Shown here in pieces: positions 10,150-19,569 of a stretch of DNA of 63,024 nucleotides. The first letter of the stretch is position 1. Every line of letters starts with the position of its first letter. The DNA is from Candidatus Goldiibacteriota bacterium (GTDB lineage: Bacteria; Oederibacteriota; PGYV01). The notes under the pieces are model-generated. The model had not been told where the DNA came from and did not search any database. It was given only the letters and a program-made list of their open reading frames with translations. The position numbers and the translations under genes are program-made. The stretch spans positions 75,311-138,334 of the forward strand of contig JAFGWA010000050.1 in assembly GCA_016937715.1 (NCBI GenBank), written 5' to 3'.

Positions 10150-10311
10150 AACATAGCTATTCAGCTGATTAAGCAATTAAGCTATAGCGGAGCCTTTGCT
10201 TTATCTTTCGCTCTTGCCGGCCTTCTAAGCATCTAACCTTCCAACCATCTGCTTTTCACGCATTTGTTTTTTCCATTGCATACTGTACAATTAGTATTGC
10301 AGGGGGTGTAT

Positions 10312-11163
10312 ATGGAAAAACAGCTTGTTGTAATTACAGGGTGTGATTCAGGTATAGGAAAAAGCCTTTGTGAAACATATCTGAAAAATGGTTACGCAGT
10401 GGCTGCTTCTTTTCTTTATAATTCCACGATAAATTCCTCCCATGACTTTTTTCAGAAAAAAATGGATCTCAGGCTTACCGAAGATATAAAAGCTTTTTAT
10501 AATTTTGCCCTGTCAATACTGCAAAAAGGCTTCAGCCTTTCTCATTTTATCAATAACGCGGGGGTGGCCGTGTTTGGCCCGGCGGAAAACCTTCCGATTG
10601 CCGCCTACAGGGAAACATTTGACATAAATTACTTTGGTATGGTGGCCCTTGTAAAAGATTTCATCCCGCATCTTATTTCATCCCGCGGAACTATAATAGT
10701 AATAGGATCCACCGCCGGAAAAGTTGCCACCCCGTTTTCTTCCCCTTACTGCTCATCTAAATTTGCCGTTGAAGGTTTTTGCGACTCTTTGAGAAGGGAA
10801 CTTATACCTCACAGAATAAAAACAATCCTTATTGAACCGGCAGGAATTCAAACGCCTATCTGGAAAACAGGGTGGGAAAATGCCAGGCAGAAGTATTTCC
10901 GGCACTTTGACAAAAAATACCTTAAATCTTTTGAGATAATGGAAAAAAAGGTGATATTAAATCCCGCGGGAAGGCTTTCGCAGGAAAAATGCGCGGAAAA
11001 AATATACCGCATATCTTTAAAAAAACACCCGAAAGCAAGATATATGATAGCAAAAAATTATCTGACAGAGTGGCTTAAACTTCACGTACCTTCGCCGATA
11101 ATTGATTTTGCCCTGCCAAAAATACTTGGAATGGATTATGGAAAAAAGAAGCCGCAGATTTAA
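10312..11163 (+). CDS. Short-chain dehydrogenase/reductase (SDR)
   Basis: ITGCDSGIGK cofactor motif and YCSSK catalytic motif. Start moved to the ATG at 10312 behind an AGGGGG RBS. Confidence 0.85.
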   Translation: MEKQLVVITGCDSGIGKSLCETYLKNGYAVAASFLYNSTINSSHDFFQKKMDLRLTEDIKAFYNFALSILQKGFSLSHFINNAGVAVFGPAENLPIAAYRETFDINYFGMVALVKDFIPHLISSRGTIIVIGSTAGKVATPFSSPYCSSKFAVEGFCDSLRRELIPHRIKTILIEPAGIQTPIWKTGWENARQKYFRHFDKKYLKSFEIMEKKVILNPAGRLSQEKCAEKIYRISLKKHPKARYMIAKNYLTEWLKLHVPSPIIDFALPKILGMDYGKKKPQI

Positions 11164-13523
11164 TCAGCCGGAACAGTAAAATAAAAAGCGGCGCCTTCGT
11201 TTACGCGTGAACTTACCCATATTTTTCCTTTGTGCTGGGTTACTATTTTTCTGCAGACTGCAAGCCCTATTCCCGTGCCTTCATATTCATCCCGGCTGTG
11301 CAGTTTTTCAAATATTTCAAATATTTTTTCCTTATACTCTTCTTCTATTCCTATGCCGTTGTCTTTTACGCAGAACTCCCACTCATTTCCCTTTTTCTCC
11401 GCGGAAATTGTAATTTCGGGTTCTTTAACATTTCTTGTAAATTTAACCGCGTTGCCTGTAAGATTTTCCATAAGCCTTAACATCTGCGTTTTTGCCGCGC
11501 GTATAACCGGAAGATTTCCTTTGCTTATTTTTATATTAGACTCCTGTATGGCCGCGTTCATATCCATAATACAGGTCTGTACAACTTCATTCATATCCAC
11601 GTCCGTAAAAGGCTCTGCTTTGCTTTTATTGCCAACCCTTGAATATTCCAGAAGGTCTTTAATAAGCTGCCTTAACCTTAAGGCCCCGTTCATTATATTA
11701 TCCAGGTATTCTTTTCCTTCCGCGTTTATGTCCGTGCCGTACTTTTTAATAAGCAGCTCCGAATATATATATATCATACGCAGCGGTTCCTGCAGGTCAT
11801 GCGACGCCACATACGCGAATTTTTCAAGTTCTTCATTTGATTTTAAAAGCTCTTCCACTGTAATCTCAAGTTTCTTCTGCGCTTCTATTACCTGTGATAT
11901 ATCAATAATGTTTATAAGGGTTGCCGCAGAATTTTCAAACATTATATCTTTCTTATTAACCGCCACCCACGTTGCTTCACCTTTATTATCCCTTAATATC
12001 AAATTACATGTAATCTCATGACGGCACTCTTTAAACCGTTCTTCAGTAACCACTCCATTTTCATCCTGTAGTTTTGCCAGAAAACCGCCAAGCGTAAGCA
12101 TCTGCGCCTCTTTATAATCAATGGCTGAAAGGTCACAAAAACCTTTGTTCGCGAAGACCACCTTACCTTCCTTCACTATAACAATTCCCATCATCTGCTG
12201 TTCAGCAAGGCTCCTGAATTTTTCTTCAGACACCTTTACCGCTTCCAGTGCCGTAAAAATATCCGTTATATCCCTTGCTTCTATCACAATCATTTCAACC
12301 CTGCCGTCCCTTCCCATTACAGGGGAAATTGATACATCCGCTTTTATTTCCCTGCCGTCAGAAAAACGGATACTTGTTTCATATCTGAATATTTTCCCCT
12401 TAGAAGCTTCCTCTACGCCATACTTCAGCTGTTTATTGTCAGCCTCATTGATATACCGCCACGGAACATCCCAGATTTTTATACCTTTGACATTTTCAAA
12501 AGAACCGGAAAATATATCAAAAGACCTTTTATTGGCATCAATTATACTTCCATCCGCGGTCAGCAGCCCGACAAAATCAAAAGAGGATTCAAATATGGCT
12601 TTAAAACGGTTTTCGCTTAATCTCAACTCATCAAGAGTAATCTTAATTTCTTTTGTCTTTTTATCAACTTCATTCTTTAAGGACTTATTCCAGACAAAAA
12701 GCACCATGAAAACAAAGAAACTTAAAGCCACAAAAATCGACAAAAAAAGTATCAATTCCCTTCTGCTGATTATTTCCGCGCCGCGCCAGGCAACATCTGT
12801 TTTTTTATATTCTTCCGCGCTTATCGCGTTAAAACCTTTTTCAACAACAGCCAGCAGTTCCGTCCGGTTTTTATTCACAGCCCTGTGAAAGGCCCCTGTA
12901 TAAAGGTTCATACTGTACTTAAAATCATCCTCTATTTTTCTTTTATTCAGATAATATATCGCCGGCGGCTTGTCCACGCAGAAAACTTTTATCATACCCG
13001 CGGCGGCTTCGGCAATAATCTCCGCGTAATCGCTGTATTCTGTCATTTCCGTTATGCCGTTCTTTTTAAGCACCTCAATGCAGGCATCATTCGTTTTTAC
13101 GCCTATTTTAAACCCATGAAGCGACTCTATATCACGGATACCGGATATATCTTTATGAAAAAACACGGGAACCTCTATAACAGCGTACGGATGGGTAAAC
13201 AGGTACTTTTTCTGCCTTTCCGGAGTTTTAAAAATTGAATCTATAACATCCGCCTTGCCTGTATCCATTTTTTCAAACGCGCTGCTCCACTGCAGCCCTT
13301 CAATATTTACCTTTATACCCGTCTTTTTCTCCCAAAGTTTCCAGTGGTCTATTGAAATACCGACAAGTTCGCCGTTTTTTTCGCGAAAAGAATAGGGGGG
13401 ATAATTGTCATCAATTACAACATTAATTTCAGATATTGTCCCGGCAGGCATTATATAGACAGGAAAAAATAAAATTAAAACAAAAAAAATCACCAGTACG
13501 CGTGCAGTCCCTGTTTTCCCCAT
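11160..13523 (-). CDS. Sensor histidine kinase with periplasmic solute-binding (SBP type 3-like) domain, TM segment, PAS repeats, HisKA, HATPase
   Basis: ASHDLQEPLR H-box and GTGIGLAVCRKIV G2 box. The ATG at 13523 has an AGAGGG RBS; an upstream in-frame ATG at 13553 is an alternative. Confidence 0.85.
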   Translation of the reverse strand: MGKTGTARVLVIFFVLILFFPVYIMPAGTISEINVVIDDNYPPYSFREKNGELVGISIDHWKLWEKKTGIKVNIEGLQWSSAFEKMDTGKADVIDSIFKTPERQKKYLFTHPYAVIEVPVFFHKDISGIRDIESLHGFKIGVKTNDACIEVLKKNGITEMTEYSDYAEIIAEAAAGMIKVFCVDKPPAIYYLNKRKIEDDFKYSMNLYTGAFHRAVNKNRTELLAVVEKGFNAISAEEYKKTDVAWRGAEIISRRELILFLSIFVALSFFVFMVLFVWNKSLKNEVDKKTKEIKITLDELRLSENRFKAIFESSFDFVGLLTADGSIIDANKRSFDIFSGSFENVKGIKIWDVPWRYINEADNKQLKYGVEEASKGKIFRYETSIRFSDGREIKADVSISPVMGRDGRVEMIVIEARDITDIFTALEAVKVSEEKFRSLAEQQMMGIVIVKEGKVVFANKGFCDLSAIDYKEAQMLTLGGFLAKLQDENGVVTEERFKECRHEITCNLILRDNKGEATWVAVNKKDIMFENSAATLINIIDISQVIEAQKKLEITVEELLKSNEELEKFAYVASHDLQEPLRMIYIYSELLIKKYGTDINAEGKEYLDNIMNGALRLRQLIKDLLEYSRVGNKSKAEPFTDVDMNEVVQTCIMDMNAAIQESNIKISKGNLPVIRAAKTQMLRLMENLTGNAVKFTRNVKEPEITISAEKKGNEWEFCVKDNGIGIEEEYKEKIFEIFEKLHSRDEYEGTGIGLAVCRKIVTQHKGKIWVSSRVNEGAAFYFTVPAD

Positions 13524-13558
13524 TTTTACCCTCTTAGCACTCGTGTTTGTCATCTTAC

Positions 13559-13688
13559 AAAAAAGGCGGTTTGGAAAAATCCGGTGGGGTTAATTTTATT
13601 CGGGCTTCAAACCCGTCCCGCGGATTGTGTCCAAACCACCCGCCCTGTTCCTGATTTCCCGGTATTGGATCCACAATCATTATACACA
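13559..13688 (-). promoter_or_regulatory. Candidate promoter plus ~115-nt structured leader or small RNA ending in a terminator-like stem and U6
   Basis: On the minus strand: TGTGTATAAT extended -10 (13679-13688); GAUUGUG/CACAAUC helix; long-range GGCGG..GGUUUGGA / UCCAAACCGCC helix followed by UUUUUU (13559-13564). Confidence 0.4.
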
Positions 13689-13749
13689 ATAAAAGGGGGG
13701 AAAACAAATTTTCATTATAAAAAAACCGCTCTGTTTTCTAAGTGAAAAA

Positions 13750-14145
13750 TTACCGCTTAATTTTTTCCCTGATACTGACTTTCGAAAAAACAGTCTCTAT
13801 TTTTTTCAGCAGAACTGCCGCGGAGAAAGGCTTTATTATATAACTGTCCGCGCCGGCATTAAATCCATTTTCAACATCAGTTACCTGCCCTCTTGCGGTT
13901 AAAAACATAACCGGAACTTTTCGCAGGCTGCTTTTTGACCTTATAACCCTGCACGCGGTTATTCCATCCATTACAGGCATCATTATATCCAGTATAATAA
14001 GATCAGGAACATTTTTTTCAGCCGTTTCAACGGCTTTTTTCCCGTTCTCCACGGCTTTTACATCATAGTAAGGAGAAAGCGTTTCTACGATGGCACACAT
14101 TACGGAAGATTCATCTTCAGCCAGTAAAATTTTTTTCCTTTCCAT
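13750..14145 (-). CDS. Single-domain response regulator (receiver only)
   Basis: LLAEDE, DLIILDIMMPVMDG, conserved K in IIKPF. Confidence 0.9.
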   Translation of the reverse strand: MERKKILLAEDESSVMCAIVETLSPYYDVKAVENGKKAVETAEKNVPDLIILDIMMPVMDGITACRVIRSKSSLRKVPVMFLTARGQVTDVENGFNAGADSYIIKPFSAAVLLKKIETVFSKVSIREKIKR

Positions 14146-15208
14146 TTTCTGTCACCTCTTTTGTATTTTCTTTTTTAGGAAGGAATACACAAAATTCGCT
14201 TCCTTTTTCTTCTTCGCTTTTTACAGTTATCCTGCCGCCGTGCAGGTCTATTATGCGCTTTGTTATTGAAAGCCCTATGCCTGCCCCTCCCGCAGAGGAC
14301 TTAATTTTACTGTCCTGCACCCTGTAGAACTTATCAAAAATTTTCTTTAAATTTTCCGAAGATATTCCTATGCCTTCATCAGATACCGAAAAAAATGATT
14401 CCTCCGCTGATTCACCCGCCTTTATTGTAATACTTCCCCCTTCAGGCGAATATTTTACGGCATTTGAGATAAGGTTGATTAAAACCTGTGATATTTTATC
14501 CCTGTCCGCGAAAACTTTTACAGGCACCGGACAATCACATATTATTTTATGCCTGCCCGCAGACGCTGAAAATGTGTTCTTAACTTCACAAATTATGCTT
14601 ATAAGGTCATTATGCTCGCGTGATAAAGGTATTTCTTTACCTGCTTCCAGCCTTGACAGGTCAAGCACATCTCCAATAAGCGCGCCAAGCCTTTTTATCT
14701 CCCGGTTAATGATAAGTGAATACTCCCTTGCTTTTTCAATCCCGCACTTTCCCCCGCTTATCAGCTCGCTGTAAACCTGAATAGGAGTCAAAGGAGTCCT
14801 TAACTCATGTGAAACCATATTTAAAAATTCCGACTGCATTTCTTCAAGTTTCTTTTTTTCAGTGATATCCCTTAAAACAGCAACACATCCCGGACGCCCG
14901 CCCCCATTTTCCTTTATTGGAACAAGTATAACGGCATAATAAAACAAAATTCCGGATCTTTTTATCTCTATTTCAATCTTTTTTCTTTTATTACTGCGTA
15001 TCACCTTTATAAGGCTGTCTTTTAATTGTGACGGCGTAAGCGTTTCAAAAAACACTTCGGCAGTTATTCCATTTTTAGCTCCAAAAAGCTGCTGGGCGGC
15101 CCTGTTTAAAAAAACACCTTTTATTTCATCATCTACAGCAACAACAGCGTCTTCCATACTTTGAAGAATTGTTTCCGTCCATAAGAACGACTGCATTTCT
15201 TTATACAT
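14117..15208 (-). CDS. PAS-domain sensor histidine kinase (cytoplasmic)
   Basis: H-box VSHELRTPLTPI, N-box LINLISNAVKYS, G boxes DEGIGI / GAGIGLSI. Confidence 0.9.
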   Translation of the reverse strand: MYKEMQSFLWTETILQSMEDAVVAVDDEIKGVFLNRAAQQLFGAKNGITAEVFFETLTPSQLKDSLIKVIRSNKRKKIEIEIKRSGILFYYAVILVPIKENGGGRPGCVAVLRDITEKKKLEEMQSEFLNMVSHELRTPLTPIQVYSELISGGKCGIEKAREYSLIINREIKRLGALIGDVLDLSRLEAGKEIPLSREHNDLISIICEVKNTFSASAGRHKIICDCPVPVKVFADRDKISQVLINLISNAVKYSPEGGSITIKAGESAEESFFSVSDEGIGISSENLKKIFDKFYRVQDSKIKSSAGGAGIGLSITKRIIDLHGGRITVKSEEEKGSEFCVFLPKKENTKEVTENGKEKNFTG

Positions 15209-15304
15209 TTTTTACCCCTCTATTGTTTTTTACACAGTTATAATGGCTTATTACTGTTAATAAAAAGCAAATATACCGATAAAATACCGTTATTATTTAA
15301 AAAT

Positions 15305-15338
15305 AAAAAAAGCGCCCTTGTATAAAGAGCGCTTTTTT
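15305..15338 (-). terminator. Rho-independent terminator closing the seven-gene cassette (bidirectional-looking)
   Basis: AAAAAAGCGC ... GCGCTTTTTT inverted repeat 8 nt downstream of the stop at 15346. Confidence 0.6.
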
Positions 15339-15345
15339 ATTTGCT

Positions 15346-15651
15346 TTATTCTTTTTCCGTGCCATACCCCGCAGGCCCTTTTGAAGAAATAACAACCTGT
15401 TCCGGTTCTTCTTCTTTTTCTTCTTTTGTGTTTTTCCCCCAAAAAAGATCTATTGATATTTTTTCTTTTGATTTTTTCTGTTTTACATTCAGTTCAAAAA
15501 AAACATTCTTCTCGGGGTTAAGCTCCACAACTTCCTCCCCTTTCTGAACAAAAATCTTTCCTTCCTTAAGGCTTTTCACGATGCCTTCAAGATAGCCTAC
15601 AGCGTCATTAAGTTCCATCAAACCTTCCATGCCAACCTCTTTTTTTTCCAT
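15346..15651 (-). CDS. Small amphi-Trp-like protein, paralog 1 (101 aa)
   Basis: GGAGGA RBS. Aligns with the 15665-15931 and 19566-19859 products: Y[LF][ED]..........G.I......E...L.P......E........I.I...W, then a charged tail. Confidence 0.75.
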   Translation of the reverse strand: MEKKEVGMEGLMELNDAVGYLEGIVKSLKEGKIFVQKGEEVVELNPEKNVFFELNVKQKKSKEKISIDLFWGKNTKEEKEEEPEQVVISSKGPAGYGTEKE

Positions 15652-15664
15652 ACAATCCTCCGGT

Positions 15665-15931
15665 TCAGTTTTTATCGGGGCTTATTGTCAGGTCCTGCCC
15701 GTTTTCCTGTATCTTTTCCCACGACATTTTTATTTCAATCTTTTCGCTGTGTTTTTTACTGCAGGCTTCCACTTTAATTTCAATAATCTTTGACGGTTTA
15801 AGAACCACAATTTCCTCCGAACTTCTGATATAAATTGTTCCTGTTCTCATGCTTTTCGCAAGCTCTTCAAAATATACGGCAGCCTTTTCCATATCAACAT
15901 CCCATTTTGCTTCAATTTCTTTTTTTGACAT
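15665..15931 (-). CDS. Small amphi-Trp-like protein, paralog 2 (88 aa)
   Basis: Start set to the ATG at 15931 (MSKKEIEAKW...) behind an AGGAGG RBS; the track start at 16045 would overlap the upstream kinase gene. Ends ...KIEIKMSWEK. Confidence 0.75.
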   Translation of the reverse strand: MSKKEIEAKWDVDMEKAAVYFEELAKSMRTGTIYIRSSEEIVVLKPSKIIEIKVEACSKKHSEKIEIKMSWEKIQENGQDLTISPDKN

Positions 15932-15938
15932 TAAATTT

Positions 15939-17039
15939 TCACCTCCTTTTTTCAGCGTTTGAACCTTCAATAATCTCAATAAGAATTTCGGTAGCCTCAT
16001 CAAAATCCACACCTCCTGTAATCTCATAAACCGGCATGTTTTCAAACAATTTCAAATATGCTTCTTCAGTACCGTCGTACTGCATTTCTCCGCTGTACTG
16101 AATAAAAAACAGCCCTGTATCCTTCATAAAAGCCGGTAATAGATTCCTTTTTCTGTACAAATCAACTTTTTCACATTTAACCTTCTGTTCCGCTCCCCTT
16201 TTCCAGTTTAAAATCACAAGTGATTTCATCGGCGCTTCAAGTACAAACCTGTTTTTTCCAAAAACTTCATCAATCTTAACGTCATATTTATGTTCCAGCT
16301 CCCACAGTTCATCAACAGGTATTCTGAAATATTCCTCCCTTTCCTCCTCGGGAATAACATTTATCAGGGCGGAATTCCCAAGTACAGTCCCCGGATTAAC
16401 CCTTGGCAGCTTAGGTATCCCTTTCATAACAATCCCGCCTTTTTCCTTAACTGCAATTACCCTGTCATTGCTTATGAATTTCATGCCCCGCCTCATCATA
16501 TTAAGCGCCATTGTGGATTTTCCGGCGCCTGAAAATCCGCTTATACACATGCCGTTATTCTGATAACATATTCCTGACGCATGCATTAAAAGGCCGCCTT
16601 TTTTTAAAAGCCATTCTATATACCTGTTGTTTATAAAATTTACAATCTGATTATCATTTAACGCGCACGGCCCGACGGCAGTGCTGACATTTTTACCGGT
16701 AAGAAATACCATCCCGGTAATTATCTTTTTTATTATCCTTCCTCCCGCGATATCCGCGTACTCTTCCTTTATTTTTTTCTTGCCGGGTTCAGGCTGCTTT
16801 TTTATGAATTTAAGGTCAAAATCAGGGGCTTCACCGTCAACGGCTTTAACAACAATATCCGCGTTCAGCGCTTCATCCGTGAATTCACCGTAATAATCAG
16901 AAAGTTTTTTTAACAGATTTTCAGAATTTGATTCAACCCTGATAACACAACCGCCAAAATTAAGCGTAACAGCGCCTTTTATCCTTACCGATCTGTTTAT
17001 TGTCTCATTAAACTGTTCAACACTTATGCTTTCTATCAC
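15939..17039 (-). CDS. HprK-related P-loop kinase (HprK-related kinase B type as I recall the family name)
   Basis: HASGICYQNNGMCISGFSGAGKSTMALNMMRRGMKFISND parallels the HPr kinase core H..G....G.G.L..G.SG.GKS..AL.L..RGH..V.DD. Confidence 0.7.
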   Translation of the reverse strand: MIESISVEQFNETINRSVRIKGAVTLNFGGCVIRVESNSENLLKKLSDYYGEFTDEALNADIVVKAVDGEAPDFDLKFIKKQPEPGKKKIKEEYADIAGGRIIKKIITGMVFLTGKNVSTAVGPCALNDNQIVNFINNRYIEWLLKKGGLLMHASGICYQNNGMCISGFSGAGKSTMALNMMRRGMKFISNDRVIAVKEKGGIVMKGIPKLPRVNPGTVLGNSALINVIPEEEREEYFRIPVDELWELEHKYDVKIDEVFGKNRFVLEAPMKSLVILNWKRGAEQKVKCEKVDLYRKRNLLPAFMKDTGLFFIQYSGEMQYDGTEEAYLKLFENMPVYEITGGVDFDEATEILIEIIEGSNAEKRR

Positions 17040-17917
17040 CTCATTGCCTCCTTTAATACATAATCAGCGTATATTCCGGCGGCATCAATACCGCACGCGT
17101 CTAAAAGCCCCCTGAAACCGCCAAAAGCCGATACTTCAAAGACAAAAATCCCTTCTTTAGCTTCAACAACATCAACACATGTAAAATCAAGTTTAAAAAT
17201 ATCACGCGCTTTTCTTGCCAGATTTATTATTTCATCCGAAGGATTATACTTAACATACTTTCCGCCGCTGTTAATTGTAGTGTTCCACGCGCCTTCATTT
17301 TTCATCCTTGCATAAGTACCTATATATTCATCGCCTATAAACGTTATGCCAAGGTCCTTATCAGCGATGTTGATTATTTTTTGAATGTATATTATGGGAT
17401 TCCCGGCTTTTATAAAATCACTTACGCATTCATCAACATTATCAGTTTCGGCATCAATAACTTTCATGCCCCTTGCCTTGGTTGAGAATAACGGCTTCAA
17501 TACAGCCTTTCCAAAATCTCTTACCGCCTCTGACGCAAGCACGGCATCAGCGGTTACAAAAGTCGGAGGCATTGGAATCAAACCCTCCCTTAAAGACGCC
17601 GTACAGCTTAAGCGGCCTATCATCTGTTTCATTGTATCCGGATCTGAAAAAACTTTTACCCCGCGCCTCTTCAGCATTCCCGCCATTTCCAGCCTGTCAA
17701 TACAGGCAGGGGAATACTCACTGTCTATTTTTTTTATAATTACAGCATCAAGTTCAGACAGGTCTTCACCCTTATAAAAAAGCGTGTTTTTTTCAAAATC
17801 AGCTGTAACTTGCGCCATATCAATCAGAATCACAGAACCTGTTTTAGCTTTAATGCTTTGACACATTTTTTCGGTTGACCATCCGCCCGGAATTCCAATT
17901 ACACCTGTTTTTTTCAC
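17036..17917 (-). CDS. RimK-like ATP-grasp ligase (GAK-system ATP-grasp type)
   Basis: ATP-grasp landmarks: AVLKPLFSTKARGM, DLGITFIGDEYIG, NSGGK, CVDVVEAKEGIFVFEVSAFGGF. GTG start; 4-nt overlap with downstream gene. Confidence 0.75.
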   Translation of the reverse strand: MKKTGVIGIPGGWSTEKMCQSIKAKTGSVILIDMAQVTADFEKNTLFYKGEDLSELDAVIIKKIDSEYSPACIDRLEMAGMLKRRGVKVFSDPDTMKQMIGRLSCTASLREGLIPMPPTFVTADAVLASEAVRDFGKAVLKPLFSTKARGMKVIDAETDNVDECVSDFIKAGNPIIYIQKIINIADKDLGITFIGDEYIGTYARMKNEGAWNTTINSGGKYVKYNPSDEIINLARKARDIFKLDFTCVDVVEAKEGIFVFEVSAFGGFRGLLDACGIDAAGIYADYVLKEAMR

Positions 17918-17919
17918 TT

Positions 17920-19569
17920 TTAATTACCCCAGTATTCAAGAATTCCGGAAGGCAGCCTGAAACTTTCCGGTTTTTGCGAATATTCAGCCGCTTTTTTAAG
18001 AAGATAAAACGCTTTCATATACATTGCCTTTGAAAAATCTTTGTCAAGCTGAAACCGTGTTGAAGTCATAAACGACCTTGCAAGCGCCATCGCCATTCTT
18101 AATTCAAAAGTCTTATCCTGATTTTTTGAAGCAAAATCAGACACGAACATAAAAAATTCATTTATTACAAAATCAATCTTCATCCGTATGTCGCGGTCAA
18201 AAAACGGCATCCTGTAATTTGAGACGATAAAAACAGAAGCATCCTGAACGTAATCTCCGGCGCCTGAACGGTGAAGGTCTATGTAGCTTATTTTTTTTCT
18301 GTCTGTGTCATAAATTATGTTATCAGCGTTGCAGTCCCCGTGCAGCATAACGCAAAAAGGCGCAAACAGTACATTTTCCGCTTCCATGGCTTTTTTTAGA
18401 ACTTCTTCATGTGACATTGTTTCCATCCTGCCTATTACGCTTTTTCCTTTTTTAAATTCCGGATGAACAGCATAAACATCTTCCAGCCTGTCCATCAGCT
18501 GTTTAATAAAACATCCTTTTACGGGCCGGGTTTCTTTTGTGGACTGCCATATACCGCCCATTTTTTCTGTCATCGCATTTAAAGACTCTTTAACAGCAGG
18601 CATCTGCCCGTTTATTATTATGTCTTTAATCGTGGAACCTTTGATATATTCCAGAACAATGGACGCATTCCTGCCATTCTTATTAAAATTAAGCACCGCA
18701 GGCGCAATTCCCGGCATTATTTTCTGCCACTTTTCAATACTCTCTTTTTCTTTCTCTATTTTCAAAGCAATACCTTCTTTAAAAATAACCCCTTTGGTGT
18801 TTCCGCCGTTTTTTTCAAATACTTTTCTTATGGTATTGCCGGATTTTGTTTCGCCTACAGATTCCATCATCATATTTTCATCTTCACTATTGTGCCGAAG
18901 CGCTTCAAACTGATGAATTTTTATCCGTTCCCCGAATACAACGGAAATAACAGCCTCTCCTATATTTAAAATACAATCCCCGACACGTTCCAGATGCTGA
19001 AAAATAAAAAGCGCGGTTATGCTGTTTTCCGCGGACCCGCCTGATTTTAATCCGGTAATAATATCGTTTAGCGTGCTGGCATAAAGCACGTCAATTTCAG
19101 ACTCCGCTTTACATATTTTCATCGCAAGATTAACATCTTTTTTTTTCAGAGCCTTCACTATTAAATTGATTGCCGGTATAATCACTTCAAAATAATCACT
19201 ATGATTAAAGTTCTTCATGAACTGCTTGTCTATAAGGTATTTTACCTGCCTGGAAATGTTTACGGCGTGGTCAGCAATATGTTCAAGGTTAGCACTTATG
19301 ACAACGGCAGCCCTTACATAATCTATCTCGTTTCTGGAAATCTCCTTATTTTCTTCAAGATACGTGCCGCTTTTGCTTTCAATCGCGTTCTTCATATTAT
19401 CAATACAGTCATCTTTAGCCTGGATACGTTCCGATAATTTAAGGCATTCTTCCGGCGAATCAAGGACACGGCACGCGTCCTGCAGCTGTTTTACCACTTC
19501 AATTGACAAAAACTGAAGTGTTTCTTCAAACCCTTTTAAATCTTCATGCGCTTTTTTCACGGTTCTCAT
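17920..19569 (-). CDS. Fusion protein: N-terminal double PhoU-like repeat + C-terminal APH/choline-kinase-type phosphotransferase domain
   Basis: PhoU-type motifs LEHIADHAVNISRQ and LERVGDCILNIGEAV. Kinase catalytic loop HGDCNADNIIYD and metal loop YIDLHRSGAGDYVQD. Confidence 0.7.
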   Translation of the reverse strand: MRTVKKAHEDLKGFEETLQFLSIEVVKQLQDACRVLDSPEECLKLSERIQAKDDCIDNMKNAIESKSGTYLEENKEISRNEIDYVRAAVVISANLEHIADHAVNISRQVKYLIDKQFMKNFNHSDYFEVIIPAINLIVKALKKKDVNLAMKICKAESEIDVLYASTLNDIITGLKSGGSAENSITALFIFQHLERVGDCILNIGEAVISVVFGERIKIHQFEALRHNSEDENMMMESVGETKSGNTIRKVFEKNGGNTKGVIFKEGIALKIEKEKESIEKWQKIMPGIAPAVLNFNKNGRNASIVLEYIKGSTIKDIIINGQMPAVKESLNAMTEKMGGIWQSTKETRPVKGCFIKQLMDRLEDVYAVHPEFKKGKSVIGRMETMSHEEVLKKAMEAENVLFAPFCVMLHGDCNADNIIYDTDRKKISYIDLHRSGAGDYVQDASVFIVSNYRMPFFDRDIRMKIDFVINEFFMFVSDFASKNQDKTFELRMAMALARSFMTSTRFQLDKDFSKAMYMKAFYLLKKAAEYSQKPESFRLPSGILEYWGN

